A stretch of 53,910 nucleotides of DNA from the NCBI GenBank assembly GCA_001799695.1, contig MGTY01000132.1, positions 1 through 53,910 of the forward strand, written 5' to 3'. Position numbers and translations under genes: made by a program. The notes under the pieces were generated by a model. The model had not been told where the DNA came from. It saw only the letters and a list, made by a program, of their open reading frames with translations, and made no database searches. The stretch comes from Elusimicrobia bacterium GWA2_69_24 (lineage in GTDB: Bacteria; Elusimicrobiota; Elusimicrobia; UBA1565). Shown in pieces: positions 27,372 to 35,670 of the stretch (positions within the stretch are counted from its first letter, which is position 1; each line of letters opens with the position of its first letter).

Positions 27372-29537
27372 ATGTCCAAAGGGACTGTCCTATCCTTCCT
27401 GCTGTTCGCGGCGGCCGCATCGGCGGCGTCCCCGGCGCGCGTGTGCGCCGCGACCGGCACGCCCTACGACCCCTACACGGATCAAGCCAAGAAGAAGGCG
27501 GAGGAAGCCCAGAAGAAGGCCGGCACCGCCATGCAGGAAGTCCCCCCCCTCGACCCGGAAGTCATCAAGCAGATCCAGGCCGCCCAGAACATGGGGATAC
27601 TGGACTCCCAGACCCAGCAGACCCTTCAGGGAGTACTGGAAGGGGACTATTCGGGCGCGGAAAGATCCGTGGAGTACAAAAAGGGCCTCGACATCCAGAA
27701 GAACGAGGAATCCCGGATCAAGAAGTTCTCCTCGCCGCTGGAGAAGAAGCCCCTCTCCGCCCCGGGCACCGCGGACAAGATGGGCGGCCTGAATCTCCCC
27801 AAAGGGAAGCTGCGCCCCGTGGACTTCGGGGCGGACAAGAAGGATGACGAGAAGCTCCGCCCCAAGACCTTCGCGGGCCAGCAGAGCGGCAATTCCAGCG
27901 GGAGCAAGGGCTTCAACTCGGGCGGCGGCTTCGTGAGCGCCCCCATGGGGACTTCCAGTTCCGGAGGCGGTCCCCCGGGCGCCCAGGCCGGCTCGTTCCA
28001 CCCCATGCAGCGCCGGGAGATCGCGGCCAAGGAGGCGGCCGGGAAAGCCCTCCAGCCCATGCAGGACCCGTTCACTTCCAAGCGGGATGCCAAGTCCGCC
28101 CCCAAAGCCGGCGCCGCCGCTCCCGGAGAAGGGGGACCGCTCTCCCCGGATTTCGCCGCCATGCTCGGCGAACCCGGGGAGGCCGACGGCTCCAAGAACC
28201 CCAAATCCGCCTACGCCAAGAAGGAAGCCGCGGCCCGCGCCGAGCTCGCGAAGGACCCCAAGAACCCGGACGCCTACGCCGTCCTCGCCCAGTCGCAGAT
28301 CGGCCAAGGGCGCTACGACGAAGCGGTGGGCAGCGCCGACCGGGCGATCGCAGCCGCTCCCAAGCACGCGGGCGCCCACGCCCTGCGGGCGATCGCGTAC
28401 GAGCAGTTGGGCGACAAGGAGAACGCCCTGCACGACCTGCGGGTGGCGGCGGCGATCGACCAGGACCGCTTCCAAGAACCCTACGAAAAGGCCCGCGCCG
28501 GGCAGCGGCTCTTCGACCCGAGCCGCGACGACAGCTGGTTCCTGCTCGAGGCCATCGTGCCCCCGGCCCGGCCATCCGGGTCCCGCAGCGCGGGCACCGC
28601 CGTCCGCGGTGTGGCGGGGGCGCTCATCGGCGTCCTCCTGCTCGCCGCCGGCGGGATCGTCCTGCGCCGCTACCTGCACCGCCTCTCCGCGGAGGAGCGC
28701 CGCAAGATGGAGTCCACGCTCAAGCAGGCCGTGCAGGGCCAGGTCCTGCCCAAGGTCCGGGCCGAGACCGCTCCCCCGCCTCCGACCCTCGATGAGCCGC
28801 TTTACGAAAAAGCCGTCATCGCCAAGAAATACAAACTGCTCCAGCGCACGGCGATCGACGGGGAAGTGCAGGTCTGGAAGGCGTTCGACAAGACCCTGGC
28901 CCGCTCCGTGGTGATCAAGCGCTTCCCGACCGAAGGCCGGTCCCCCGAATCACGTTCGCGCCTGGTGGAGCAGATCAAGAGCACGGCGGCCCTGCACCAC
29001 CCCAACATCGTCGACATCTTCGAGATCCTCGACCGGGACTCGGGCCTGCTCGTGGTCTACGAATACGCCTCGGGCAAGACCCTGCGCCGCGTGCTCGAGG
29101 AACTCGGTCCGCTGCAGCTCAAGCAGGCGCGAGAGATACTCATCCCGGTCTGCCGGGCGCTGGAGCACGCCTTCCGGCACGGGCTCAACCACGGCGGGCT
29201 CAGCCCCGAGCGCATCGTGCTCACCCAGCAGGGCTACGTGAAGGTCTCCGATTTCGTCGCGGCGCGCCTGCTGGGAGCGACCGACGACGTCTACCTGGCG
29301 CCCGAGGCCCGGGGTCAGGGGATCCCGGTCAAGGCCTCCGACATCTACTCCATCGGAGCCTGCTTCTTCGAGATGCTGACCGGCCGGCGCGCCATGAACG
29401 CGGAGGAGACGGCGTCGGCGGGCCTGCCCCTGGCGGTGCGCATGCTCCTGGTCCAGCTCATGGAGGCCGACGCCGCCACGCGCCTGGCCTCCCCCATCGG
29501 CGTCATCCAGGCCCTGCAAGAACTCCCCGACCAGTAG
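27372..29537 (+). CDS. Single-pass membrane protein with a C-terminal cytoplasmic pseudokinase (Ser/Thr kinase fold with degenerate catalytic motifs)
   Basis: A signal peptide is followed by a low-complexity/TPR ectodomain and the TM segment GVAGALIGVLLLAAGGIVL. The kinase fold retains VIK...E...HPNIV...YLAPE. However HRDLKPEN is replaced by HGGLSPER and DFG by DFV. Confidence 0.65.
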   Translation: MSKGTVLSFLLFAAAASAASPARVCAATGTPYDPYTDQAKKKAEEAQKKAGTAMQEVPPLDPEVIKQIQAAQNMGILDSQTQQTLQGVLEGDYSGAERSVEYKKGLDIQKNEESRIKKFSSPLEKKPLSAPGTADKMGGLNLPKGKLRPVDFGADKKDDEKLRPKTFAGQQSGNSSGSKGFNSGGGFVSAPMGTSSSGGGPPGAQAGSFHPMQRREIAAKEAAGKALQPMQDPFTSKRDAKSAPKAGAAAPGEGGPLSPDFAAMLGEPGEADGSKNPKSAYAKKEAAARAELAKDPKNPDAYAVLAQSQIGQGRYDEAVGSADRAIAAAPKHAGAHALRAIAYEQLGDKENALHDLRVAAAIDQDRFQEPYEKARAGQRLFDPSRDDSWFLLEAIVPPARPSGSRSAGTAVRGVAGALIGVLLLAAGGIVLRRYLHRLSAEERRKMESTLKQAVQGQVLPKVRAETAPPPPTLDEPLYEKAVIAKKYKLLQRTAIDGEVQVWKAFDKTLARSVVIKRFPTEGRSPESRSRLVEQIKSTAALHHPNIVDIFEILDRDSGLLVVYEYASGKTLRRVLEELGPLQLKQAREILIPVCRALEHAFRHGLNHGGLSPERIVLTQQGYVKVSDFVAARLLGATDDVYLAPEARGQGIPVKASDIYSIGACFFEMLTGRRAMNAEETASAGLPLAVRMLLVQLMEADAATRLASPIGVIQALQELPDQ

Positions 29538-29547
29538 CTAGCCCCCC

Positions 29548-29572
29548 GACTGTGCCCGGGCACAGCTCCGGG
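29548..29572. repeat. Family-4 palindromic repeat copy (GACTGTGCCCGGGCACAGCTCCGGG)
   Basis: Identical to 1868-1892 and begins 11 nt after the stop codon. Confidence 0.5.
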
Positions 29573-29754
29573 TCGACTATCTCCCCGGCCGCTCGACCGT
29601 GTTCTTCCGACGTTTCGCCATCGCCTCATCGCCGCATCCCTCGCGCCAGTACTCCTTGCCGCAGTTCGAGCGTCTCTTCCCTGCCTCTGTCGCATTTGCA
29701 CAGCCTGCCGATGAAAAGCTAAAAGAGAGTCGCCAAGCATCTTGGAGACGCACC

Positions 29755-32700
29755 ATGAGCGAGTCGACCCAATGGTATAAAGACGCAATCATCTATGAGC
29801 TCCACGTCCGCGCCTTCTTCGACGGCAACGATGACGGGAAAGGCGACTTTGCCGGCCTGACGAACAAACTCGACTACCTCCAGGACCTCGGAGTCACGGC
29901 GCTCTGGCTGCTTCCGTTCTATCCCTCCCCGCTCCGGGATGACGGCTACGACATCGCGGATCATTTCAACATCCATCCGGACTATGGGACTCTGGCCGAG
30001 TTCAAGCGCTTCCTCAAGGAAGCCAAGCGGCGGGGCCTGCGCGTCATCACCGAGTTGGTCCTCAACCACACCTCCGACCAGCACGAACTGTTCCAGAAAG
30101 CGCGGCGGGCTTCTGCCGGCAGCCCCGCCCGGGACTTCTACGTATGGAGCGACGATCCCCAGAAATACCAGGAAGCGCGGATCATCTTCCAGGATTTCGA
30201 GTCCTCGAACTGGACCTGGGATCCCGTCGCCAAGGCCTACTATTGGCACCGGTTCTACGCGCATCAGCCGGACCTCAATTTCGACCATCCCGAGGTCCGC
30301 AAGTACATGCTGAAGGTCGTCGACTTCTGGCTGGGTCTGGGAGTGGATGGACTGCGGCTCGACGCCGTCCCCTACCTTTTCGAGCGAGAGGGGACCAACT
30401 GCGAGAACCTCCCGGAAACACATGCTTTCCTCAAAGAACTGCGGCTGCATGTGGACCGGAAGTTCTCGGGCCGCATGCTCCTGGCCGAGGCCAACCAATG
30501 GCCCGAGGAAGCATCGGCCTATTTCGGGGCGGGCGACGAATGCCACATGGCGTTCCATTTCCCCCTCATGCCGCGCCTGTTCATGGCCCTGCACATGGAA
30601 GACTGCTTCCCGGTCGTGGACATCCTCCAGCAGACCCCCGACGTCTCGGGCCGGGGGCAATGGGCGATCTTCCTGCGCAATCACGACGAGCTCACCCTGG
30701 AGATGGTGACGGACGAGGAGCGGGACTACATGTACCGGTACTATGCCCGCGACCCCAAGGCGCGCATCAATCTCGGCATCCGCCGACGGCTCGCTCCCCT
30801 GCTGGGCAATCATCGCCGCAAGGTCGAGCTGCTCAACGGCCTGCTCCTATCCTTGCCGGGGACCCCGGTGCTCTACTACGGTGACGAGATCGGGATGGGC
30901 GACAACATCCACCTGGGCGACCGCAACGGAGTGCGCACGCCCATGCTGTGGAGCGCGGACCGCAACGCCGGTTTCTCCCGGGCCAACCCGCAGAGCCTCT
31001 ATCTCCCCATCACCATCGACCCGGAATATCACTACGAGGCGGTGAACGTCGACATCCAGCAGAATAACCCCCACTCCCTGTTCTGGTGGATGAAGCGCCT
31101 CATCGACCTGCGCAAGAGATACAAGGCCTTCGGCAGCGGCTCCTTGGAGTTCGTCGCCTGCGAGAACCGGAAGATCCTATCCTTCATCCGTTCCCACGAC
31201 GGCGAGCGCATCCTGGTCGTGGCCAACCTGTCGCGCTTCGTCCAACTCGCCGAACTGGACCTCGCGGGCTGCAAAGGCATGGCCCTGGTCGAGATGTTCG
31301 GGCGCTTCGAGTTCCCCCCCCTGACGGAGAAGCGCTGCATGCTCACGCTGGCGCCCCACTCCTTCTATTGGTTCCGGATCCGGCAGCCCACGGCACCCGA
31401 GGTCGATACCGCGCTCGTGCCCGCGGAAGCCCCGGCCATCGAGGTCTCCGGCGGAGCGGCCGGGATCTTCTCGGGCAAGGCGGACGCAAGGCTCTGCGAA
31501 GCCATGAAGACCTATCTCCGGTCCCGCCACTGGTTCGCGGGGAAGTCGCATCAGCTGCGCTCCGTCCGCATCCTGGACGAAGCCCGGCTGCGGTATGGAG
31601 AATCGGCCGGCGCACGCATCTGCCTCCTCCGGGTGGAGTTCCTGGACGCCTCGCCGGAGACCTATCTCCTGCCCATCACCATTGCGACGGAGAAGCAGGC
31701 CCAGAGCATCCGGCAGGAGCATCCCTTCAGCATCCTGGCCGAGCTCCGCCGCAAGGGCGGCAAAACCGCATCCGAGGGGGTCTTGTTCGACGCCGTCGCC
31801 GATCCGGAATTCTGCGCGGCGCTCCTGGCCGCTATCCGCGCGGGGCGCCGGCTGAAGAGCCGCGCGGGAGATATCGTCATGACCGCGGCCTCCGCCTTCG
31901 CGGCGGCGGTCGACGGACGCCCCCTGCCCGAGCCCGCCTTGGCCAAGACGGTACAGCGCAACACCTCGGTCTTGTTCGGCGACCGGCTCATCCTCAAGCT
32001 CTTCCGCCGGATCTATGCCGGAGAGAATCCCGATGCCGAGATCAGCCGCCACCTGGCGCAGGCGGGCTTCCCTTACTCCCCCGCGCTGGCCGGGGAGATA
32101 TCCTATCGTCCCAAGCGGGGCGAGTCCACGACCCTGGCCGTGCTCCACGTCTATGTCCCGAACCGGGGTGAGGCCTGGCAGTACACCCTGGACACCTTGC
32201 GCCGGTATTTTGACGACCTCACGGGTCCAGCCGACTCCCCCAAGGAACAACCGGTCCTGACATCTCAGTTCCTGGAACTCCTGGACCAGGAGCCGACACC
32301 CCTTGCGGCGCAACGCATCGGAGCCTATCTGGAAACGGCCAAACTCCTGGGCAAGCGCACGGCCGAACTCCACAAGGCTCTCGCCGATGGGACGAAAGGA
32401 ACGAGTTTCGCTCCGGAGGACTTCTCGGAGCTCTATCAACGCTCCCTCTATCAATCCCTGCGCACCCGCGCCAACGACACCATCTACCTCCTGCGCCGCA
32501 AACTCAATGACATCCCCGAGCTCCATCGGCCGCTGGCCGAGACGGCGCTGGGCAAGAGCAGCGAAATCCTGCGGCGTTTCCGCGGGCTGGTCGGGAAGAA
32601 GCTCTCCGGACAGAGGATCCGCTGTCACGGGGACTACCATCTCAAGCAGGTCCTCTACACCGGGACCGATTTTCAGATCTTCGATTTCGAGGGTCCGGCC

Positions 32701-33072
32701 GCGCAGGTGCTCCATGACCGCCGAATCAAGAAGTCGCCCCTGCGCGACGTCGCCGGCATGCTGCGTTCCTTCGAATACGCGGCCTACACGATCCTTCTGG
32801 GGCGCGTCGGGGTCTCCCGGGCCGAGGATGCGGTGCGCCTGGAGCCCTGGGCCCGCTTCTGGTGCCAATGGGTCTCCGCCGCCTTCCTGAGATCCTATCT
32901 GGAAACGATCGGGGATGCCGCAATCCTCCCCAAGAGCCGCTCCGAATTGGATACTCTCCTCGGGGTATTGCTCCTGGAGCGGACCGTCGAGGAGATCCGC
33001 AATGAGCTGGAATCCCATCCCGAGTGGGCGGTCATCCCCTTGAAGGGCTTGACCCATCTGCTGGGGGCATAG
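29755..33072 (+). CDS. treS: Trehalose synthase (maltose alpha-D-glucosyltransferase) fused to a C-terminal maltokinase domain
   Basis: GH13 TreS blocks are VLNHTSDQH, GVDGLRLDA, LLAEANQ and FLRNHDELTLE. The C-terminal 450 aa is about 40% identical to the stand-alone maltokinase at 33955 (HGDLHLGQ...DFEGEP, RSFEYAA). The start was taken at M53 of the track ORF, with a GGAGA RBS. Confidence 0.85.
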   Translation: MSESTQWYKDAIIYELHVRAFFDGNDDGKGDFAGLTNKLDYLQDLGVTALWLLPFYPSPLRDDGYDIADHFNIHPDYGTLAEFKRFLKEAKRRGLRVITELVLNHTSDQHELFQKARRASAGSPARDFYVWSDDPQKYQEARIIFQDFESSNWTWDPVAKAYYWHRFYAHQPDLNFDHPEVRKYMLKVVDFWLGLGVDGLRLDAVPYLFEREGTNCENLPETHAFLKELRLHVDRKFSGRMLLAEANQWPEEASAYFGAGDECHMAFHFPLMPRLFMALHMEDCFPVVDILQQTPDVSGRGQWAIFLRNHDELTLEMVTDEERDYMYRYYARDPKARINLGIRRRLAPLLGNHRRKVELLNGLLLSLPGTPVLYYGDEIGMGDNIHLGDRNGVRTPMLWSADRNAGFSRANPQSLYLPITIDPEYHYEAVNVDIQQNNPHSLFWWMKRLIDLRKRYKAFGSGSLEFVACENRKILSFIRSHDGERILVVANLSRFVQLAELDLAGCKGMALVEMFGRFEFPPLTEKRCMLTLAPHSFYWFRIRQPTAPEVDTALVPAEAPAIEVSGGAAGIFSGKADARLCEAMKTYLRSRHWFAGKSHQLRSVRILDEARLRYGESAGARICLLRVEFLDASPETYLLPITIATEKQAQSIRQEHPFSILAELRRKGGKTASEGVLFDAVADPEFCAALLAAIRAGRRLKSRAGDIVMTAASAFAAAVDGRPLPEPALAKTVQRNTSVLFGDRLILKLFRRIYAGENPDAEISRHLAQAGFPYSPALAGEISYRPKRGESTTLAVLHVYVPNRGEAWQYTLDTLRRYFDDLTGPADSPKEQPVLTSQFLELLDQEPTPLAAQRIGAYLETAKLLGKRTAELHKALADGTKGTSFAPEDFSELYQRSLYQSLRTRANDTIYLLRRKLNDIPELHRPLAETALGKSSEILRRFRGLVGKKLSGQRIRCHGDYHLKQVLYTGTDFQIFDFEGPAAQVLHDRRIKKSPLRDVAGMLRSFEYAAYTILLGRVGVSRAEDAVRLEPWARFWCQWVSAAFLRSYLETIGDAAILPKSRSELDTLLGVLLLERTVEEIRNELESHPEWAVIPLKGLTHLLGA

Positions 33073-33090
33073 GCTCGCAGGACAAGGGCG

Positions 33091-33897
33091 CTAGCGCCCC
33101 GTAGACCGGGAACGGCACGGACGGTCCGGCAGCATTTCGCACAGGATCTTCAGGAATTGATGGACCTGCGTCTGCCGGGGCAGATAGAACTGGGCCGCCG
33201 ACTTCAGAGCCGGGCCCACCCGGATAGTCACCGCCCGGCGCCCCAACTCTCGAAAACCATCCTCATCGGTCCGGTCATCGCCGATGAACATCATCCTGCC
33301 TCCGGGTGCCGCGATGCGCGCGATCCGCGACAGGGCGTGCCCCTTGTTCCAGGCCAGATGCGGCCGGATCTCCCAGGATTTCTTCCCCGCCGCCAGCACG
33401 AGCCCTCTGCGCCCCTCCACCACGCGCTTCAGGAACCCGCCCAGCACGTCCGCGTCCTCGCGCTGGACGCCGCGGTAGTGGATGGTCATGGTCAAGCCCT
33501 TGTCCTCCAACAGCGCCCCCGGGAAAGCGCGCAACGCCGGGGACAAGGCCTTGGCCAGATGCTGGATGCGCTTGGACGCCGCACGCGCCTGCGGGTGGCA
33601 CCAGGCGACACCGGGACCACGCATCACCAGCCCATGGTTGCCGGAATAATAGATGCCCGGGATGCCGACCTTGGACATGATGTCGGGGAGGCTCCGGCCG
33701 CTGATGATGGCCAGGCGGACGGCCTTGCCTCGCCTCAATGAGGCAAGCAGTCTGCGCGTCTTTCCCGGAAGCCGGGCCCGCGAAGGCCGACGCACCAAAG
33801 GAGACAGCGTGCCGTCGAAATCCAGCCCGAGGACCAGGGGCCGTCCGTCCCCGACGCCGTCCAGCAGTGTGCGTTTTAGTTCGGCCCAACCTCTCAC
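33091..33897 (-). CDS. otsB: Trehalose-6-phosphate phosphatase (HAD-IIB)
   Basis: LDFDGTL HAD motif I. Other motifs are GRS...G.D and GDDRTDEDGF. Confidence 0.8.
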   Translation of the reverse strand: MRGWAELKRTLLDGVGDGRPLVLGLDFDGTLSPLVRRPSRARLPGKTRRLLASLRRGKAVRLAIISGRSLPDIMSKVGIPGIYYSGNHGLVMRGPGVAWCHPQARAASKRIQHLAKALSPALRAFPGALLEDKGLTMTIHYRGVQREDADVLGGFLKRVVEGRRGLVLAAGKKSWEIRPHLAWNKGHALSRIARIAAPGGRMMFIGDDRTDEDGFRELGRRAVTIRVGPALKSAAQFYLPRQTQVHQFLKILCEMLPDRPCRSRSTGR

Positions 33898-33954
33898 TCG
33901 CAGTCGCCTCGCGAGTAGTATACCAAAGTCCCTGATTTTCCCTTATGCTATGCC

Positions 33955-35556
33955 ATGCTGGCAGCCCTTTCACCGGAGATCCGATCCGCGATTGAAGCGG
34001 CGCTGCCCGGCTACCTGAAGCGCCAACGCTGGTTCGCCGGGAAGGCCCGCTCCCTGACCGCCGTCTCGGTGGATGAAGCCGTTATGCTCCCCGGGCCCCG
34101 CCCCGCTGCCCTCTTGATGGTCTTGGTCCGTTACGGAAACGAGTCATCCGAGACCTATCTCCTCTGCGCCGCACAGGGCACCAGAGCGCACGCAGAGACC
34201 CCCGTTCTGGCGCGGTGCGGCGGAGTGGTCCTCTGCCCCGGACTGACGGAACCGTGGGTGCGGGGATGTCTGTTCCACGCCATCCGAAGCGGACGGACCT
34301 TCCCCGGGGAACACGGGAGCGTCAGTGGGGAACCCCCTTCGACCTGGCCGGCCACCCCCGTGCACGAGGATCGGACTCCGGGTTCCGCCATCCTGAGGAC
34401 TGAACAGAGCAACACCTCTCTCGTGTTCGGCGAACGCTGGATCATGAAGTTCTTCCGTCGCTTGGAACCAGGAGTCAACCCGGAACTCGAAATGTGCCGG
34501 GCCCTGAGCTCGCAATCAGCATTCACCCGGACGCCTAGGCTTGGAGGCACCCTCACCTATCGACCGGAGGCTGGAGAGCCCTTGACCCTGGCCGTCCTGC
34601 AGGGATTCGTCCCCAATCGAGGCGACGCCTGGACCTATTCGCTCGCAGAGGCTCGCCGCTTCCTCGACGGATCCCCCGAAGAGGATTCTCTGCACAACGG
34701 ATCGTATCTCAAATCCGCCCGCCTGCTCGGTCGAAGGGTCGCGGAGCTCCACCTCGCTCTATCTCGGATCACCAATGACCCGGCTTTCCGTCCTGAACCA
34801 TTCACCCTGCAGAGCCTTCGCCGCCTGCGCGGATCGATGCGCGATCGCGCTCGGACCGCCCTGGGTCTGTTGCGCGAAGGGAACCTCCCGACTGAACTCC
34901 GCGCCGACGCCGAGGGACTCCTGGCACGGGAGGGAGAGGTCCGGAGTCGCTTCGAGGAACTACCCGGCGCGGGGAAAGGTCTCCTCCGCATCCGGGTCCA
35001 CGGGGACCTGCATCTCGGACAGATACTCTACACGGGCGACGACTTCTACATCATCGACTTCGAGGGTGAGCCCGCGCGGCCGCTGGCCGAGCGCCGAGCC
35101 AAGGAATCGCCCCTGCGGGACGCGGCGGGGATGCTGCGCTCGTTCGAATACGCGGCCCAGGCGGCGCTCCGCGACCGGACCGCGCCGGCACGCGAGCGCG
35201 CCGCCCTGGAGTCCCGGGCCCGGGCCTGGGGCGCGGCCGCGGGCAAGGAGTTCCTGGACGAATATCGCTCGGTCCTGGCCGGTACCCCGCTGTTCCCGCA
35301 ACGGGCCGCGCGACTCCTGGACGCCTTCCTTCTGGACAAGGCCCTCTATGAGCTGGCCTACGAACTCAACAACCGCCCGACCTGGGTGTCGGCGCCCCTG
35401 CGGGGAGTCCTCGATATCCTGGCTGGAGGGTGCGCGTCCTGCCCGCCGCGGTCCCCCGCACGGTCGGGGAAACCCAAGCTCACCCACGCCGGAGTCAGGC
35501 CGCTCCAACGATCAACAGCAGCGCGATCCAAGCCCCGCGCCACGGGAACCAGGTAG
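33955..35556 (+). CDS. mak: Maltokinase (Mak/Pep2-like), stand-alone copy. The last roughly 40 codons may be a 3-prime read-through
   Basis: VHGDLHLGQILYTGDDFYIIDFEGEP and RDAAGMLRSFEYAA. The whole protein is homologous to the C-terminal half of the 29755 gene. Confidence 0.7.
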   Translation: MLAALSPEIRSAIEAALPGYLKRQRWFAGKARSLTAVSVDEAVMLPGPRPAALLMVLVRYGNESSETYLLCAAQGTRAHAETPVLARCGGVVLCPGLTEPWVRGCLFHAIRSGRTFPGEHGSVSGEPPSTWPATPVHEDRTPGSAILRTEQSNTSLVFGERWIMKFFRRLEPGVNPELEMCRALSSQSAFTRTPRLGGTLTYRPEAGEPLTLAVLQGFVPNRGDAWTYSLAEARRFLDGSPEEDSLHNGSYLKSARLLGRRVAELHLALSRITNDPAFRPEPFTLQSLRRLRGSMRDRARTALGLLREGNLPTELRADAEGLLAREGEVRSRFEELPGAGKGLLRIRVHGDLHLGQILYTGDDFYIIDFEGEPARPLAERRAKESPLRDAAGMLRSFEYAAQAALRDRTAPARERAALESRARAWGAAAGKEFLDEYRSVLAGTPLFPQRAARLLDAFLLDKALYELAYELNNRPTWVSAPLRGVLDILAGGCASCPPRSPARSGKPKLTHAGVRPLQRSTAARSKPRATGTR

Positions 35557-35670
35557 GCGGCGGGCTGCCGCAAAGCCAGGAACCCGCACCGACGAGCAGA
35601 AACAGCAGCGGAGTGCTCAGCCAACACCAAAGACCGCTTTTCTCCATGTCCAGGCGATGGCGATCCGCCG

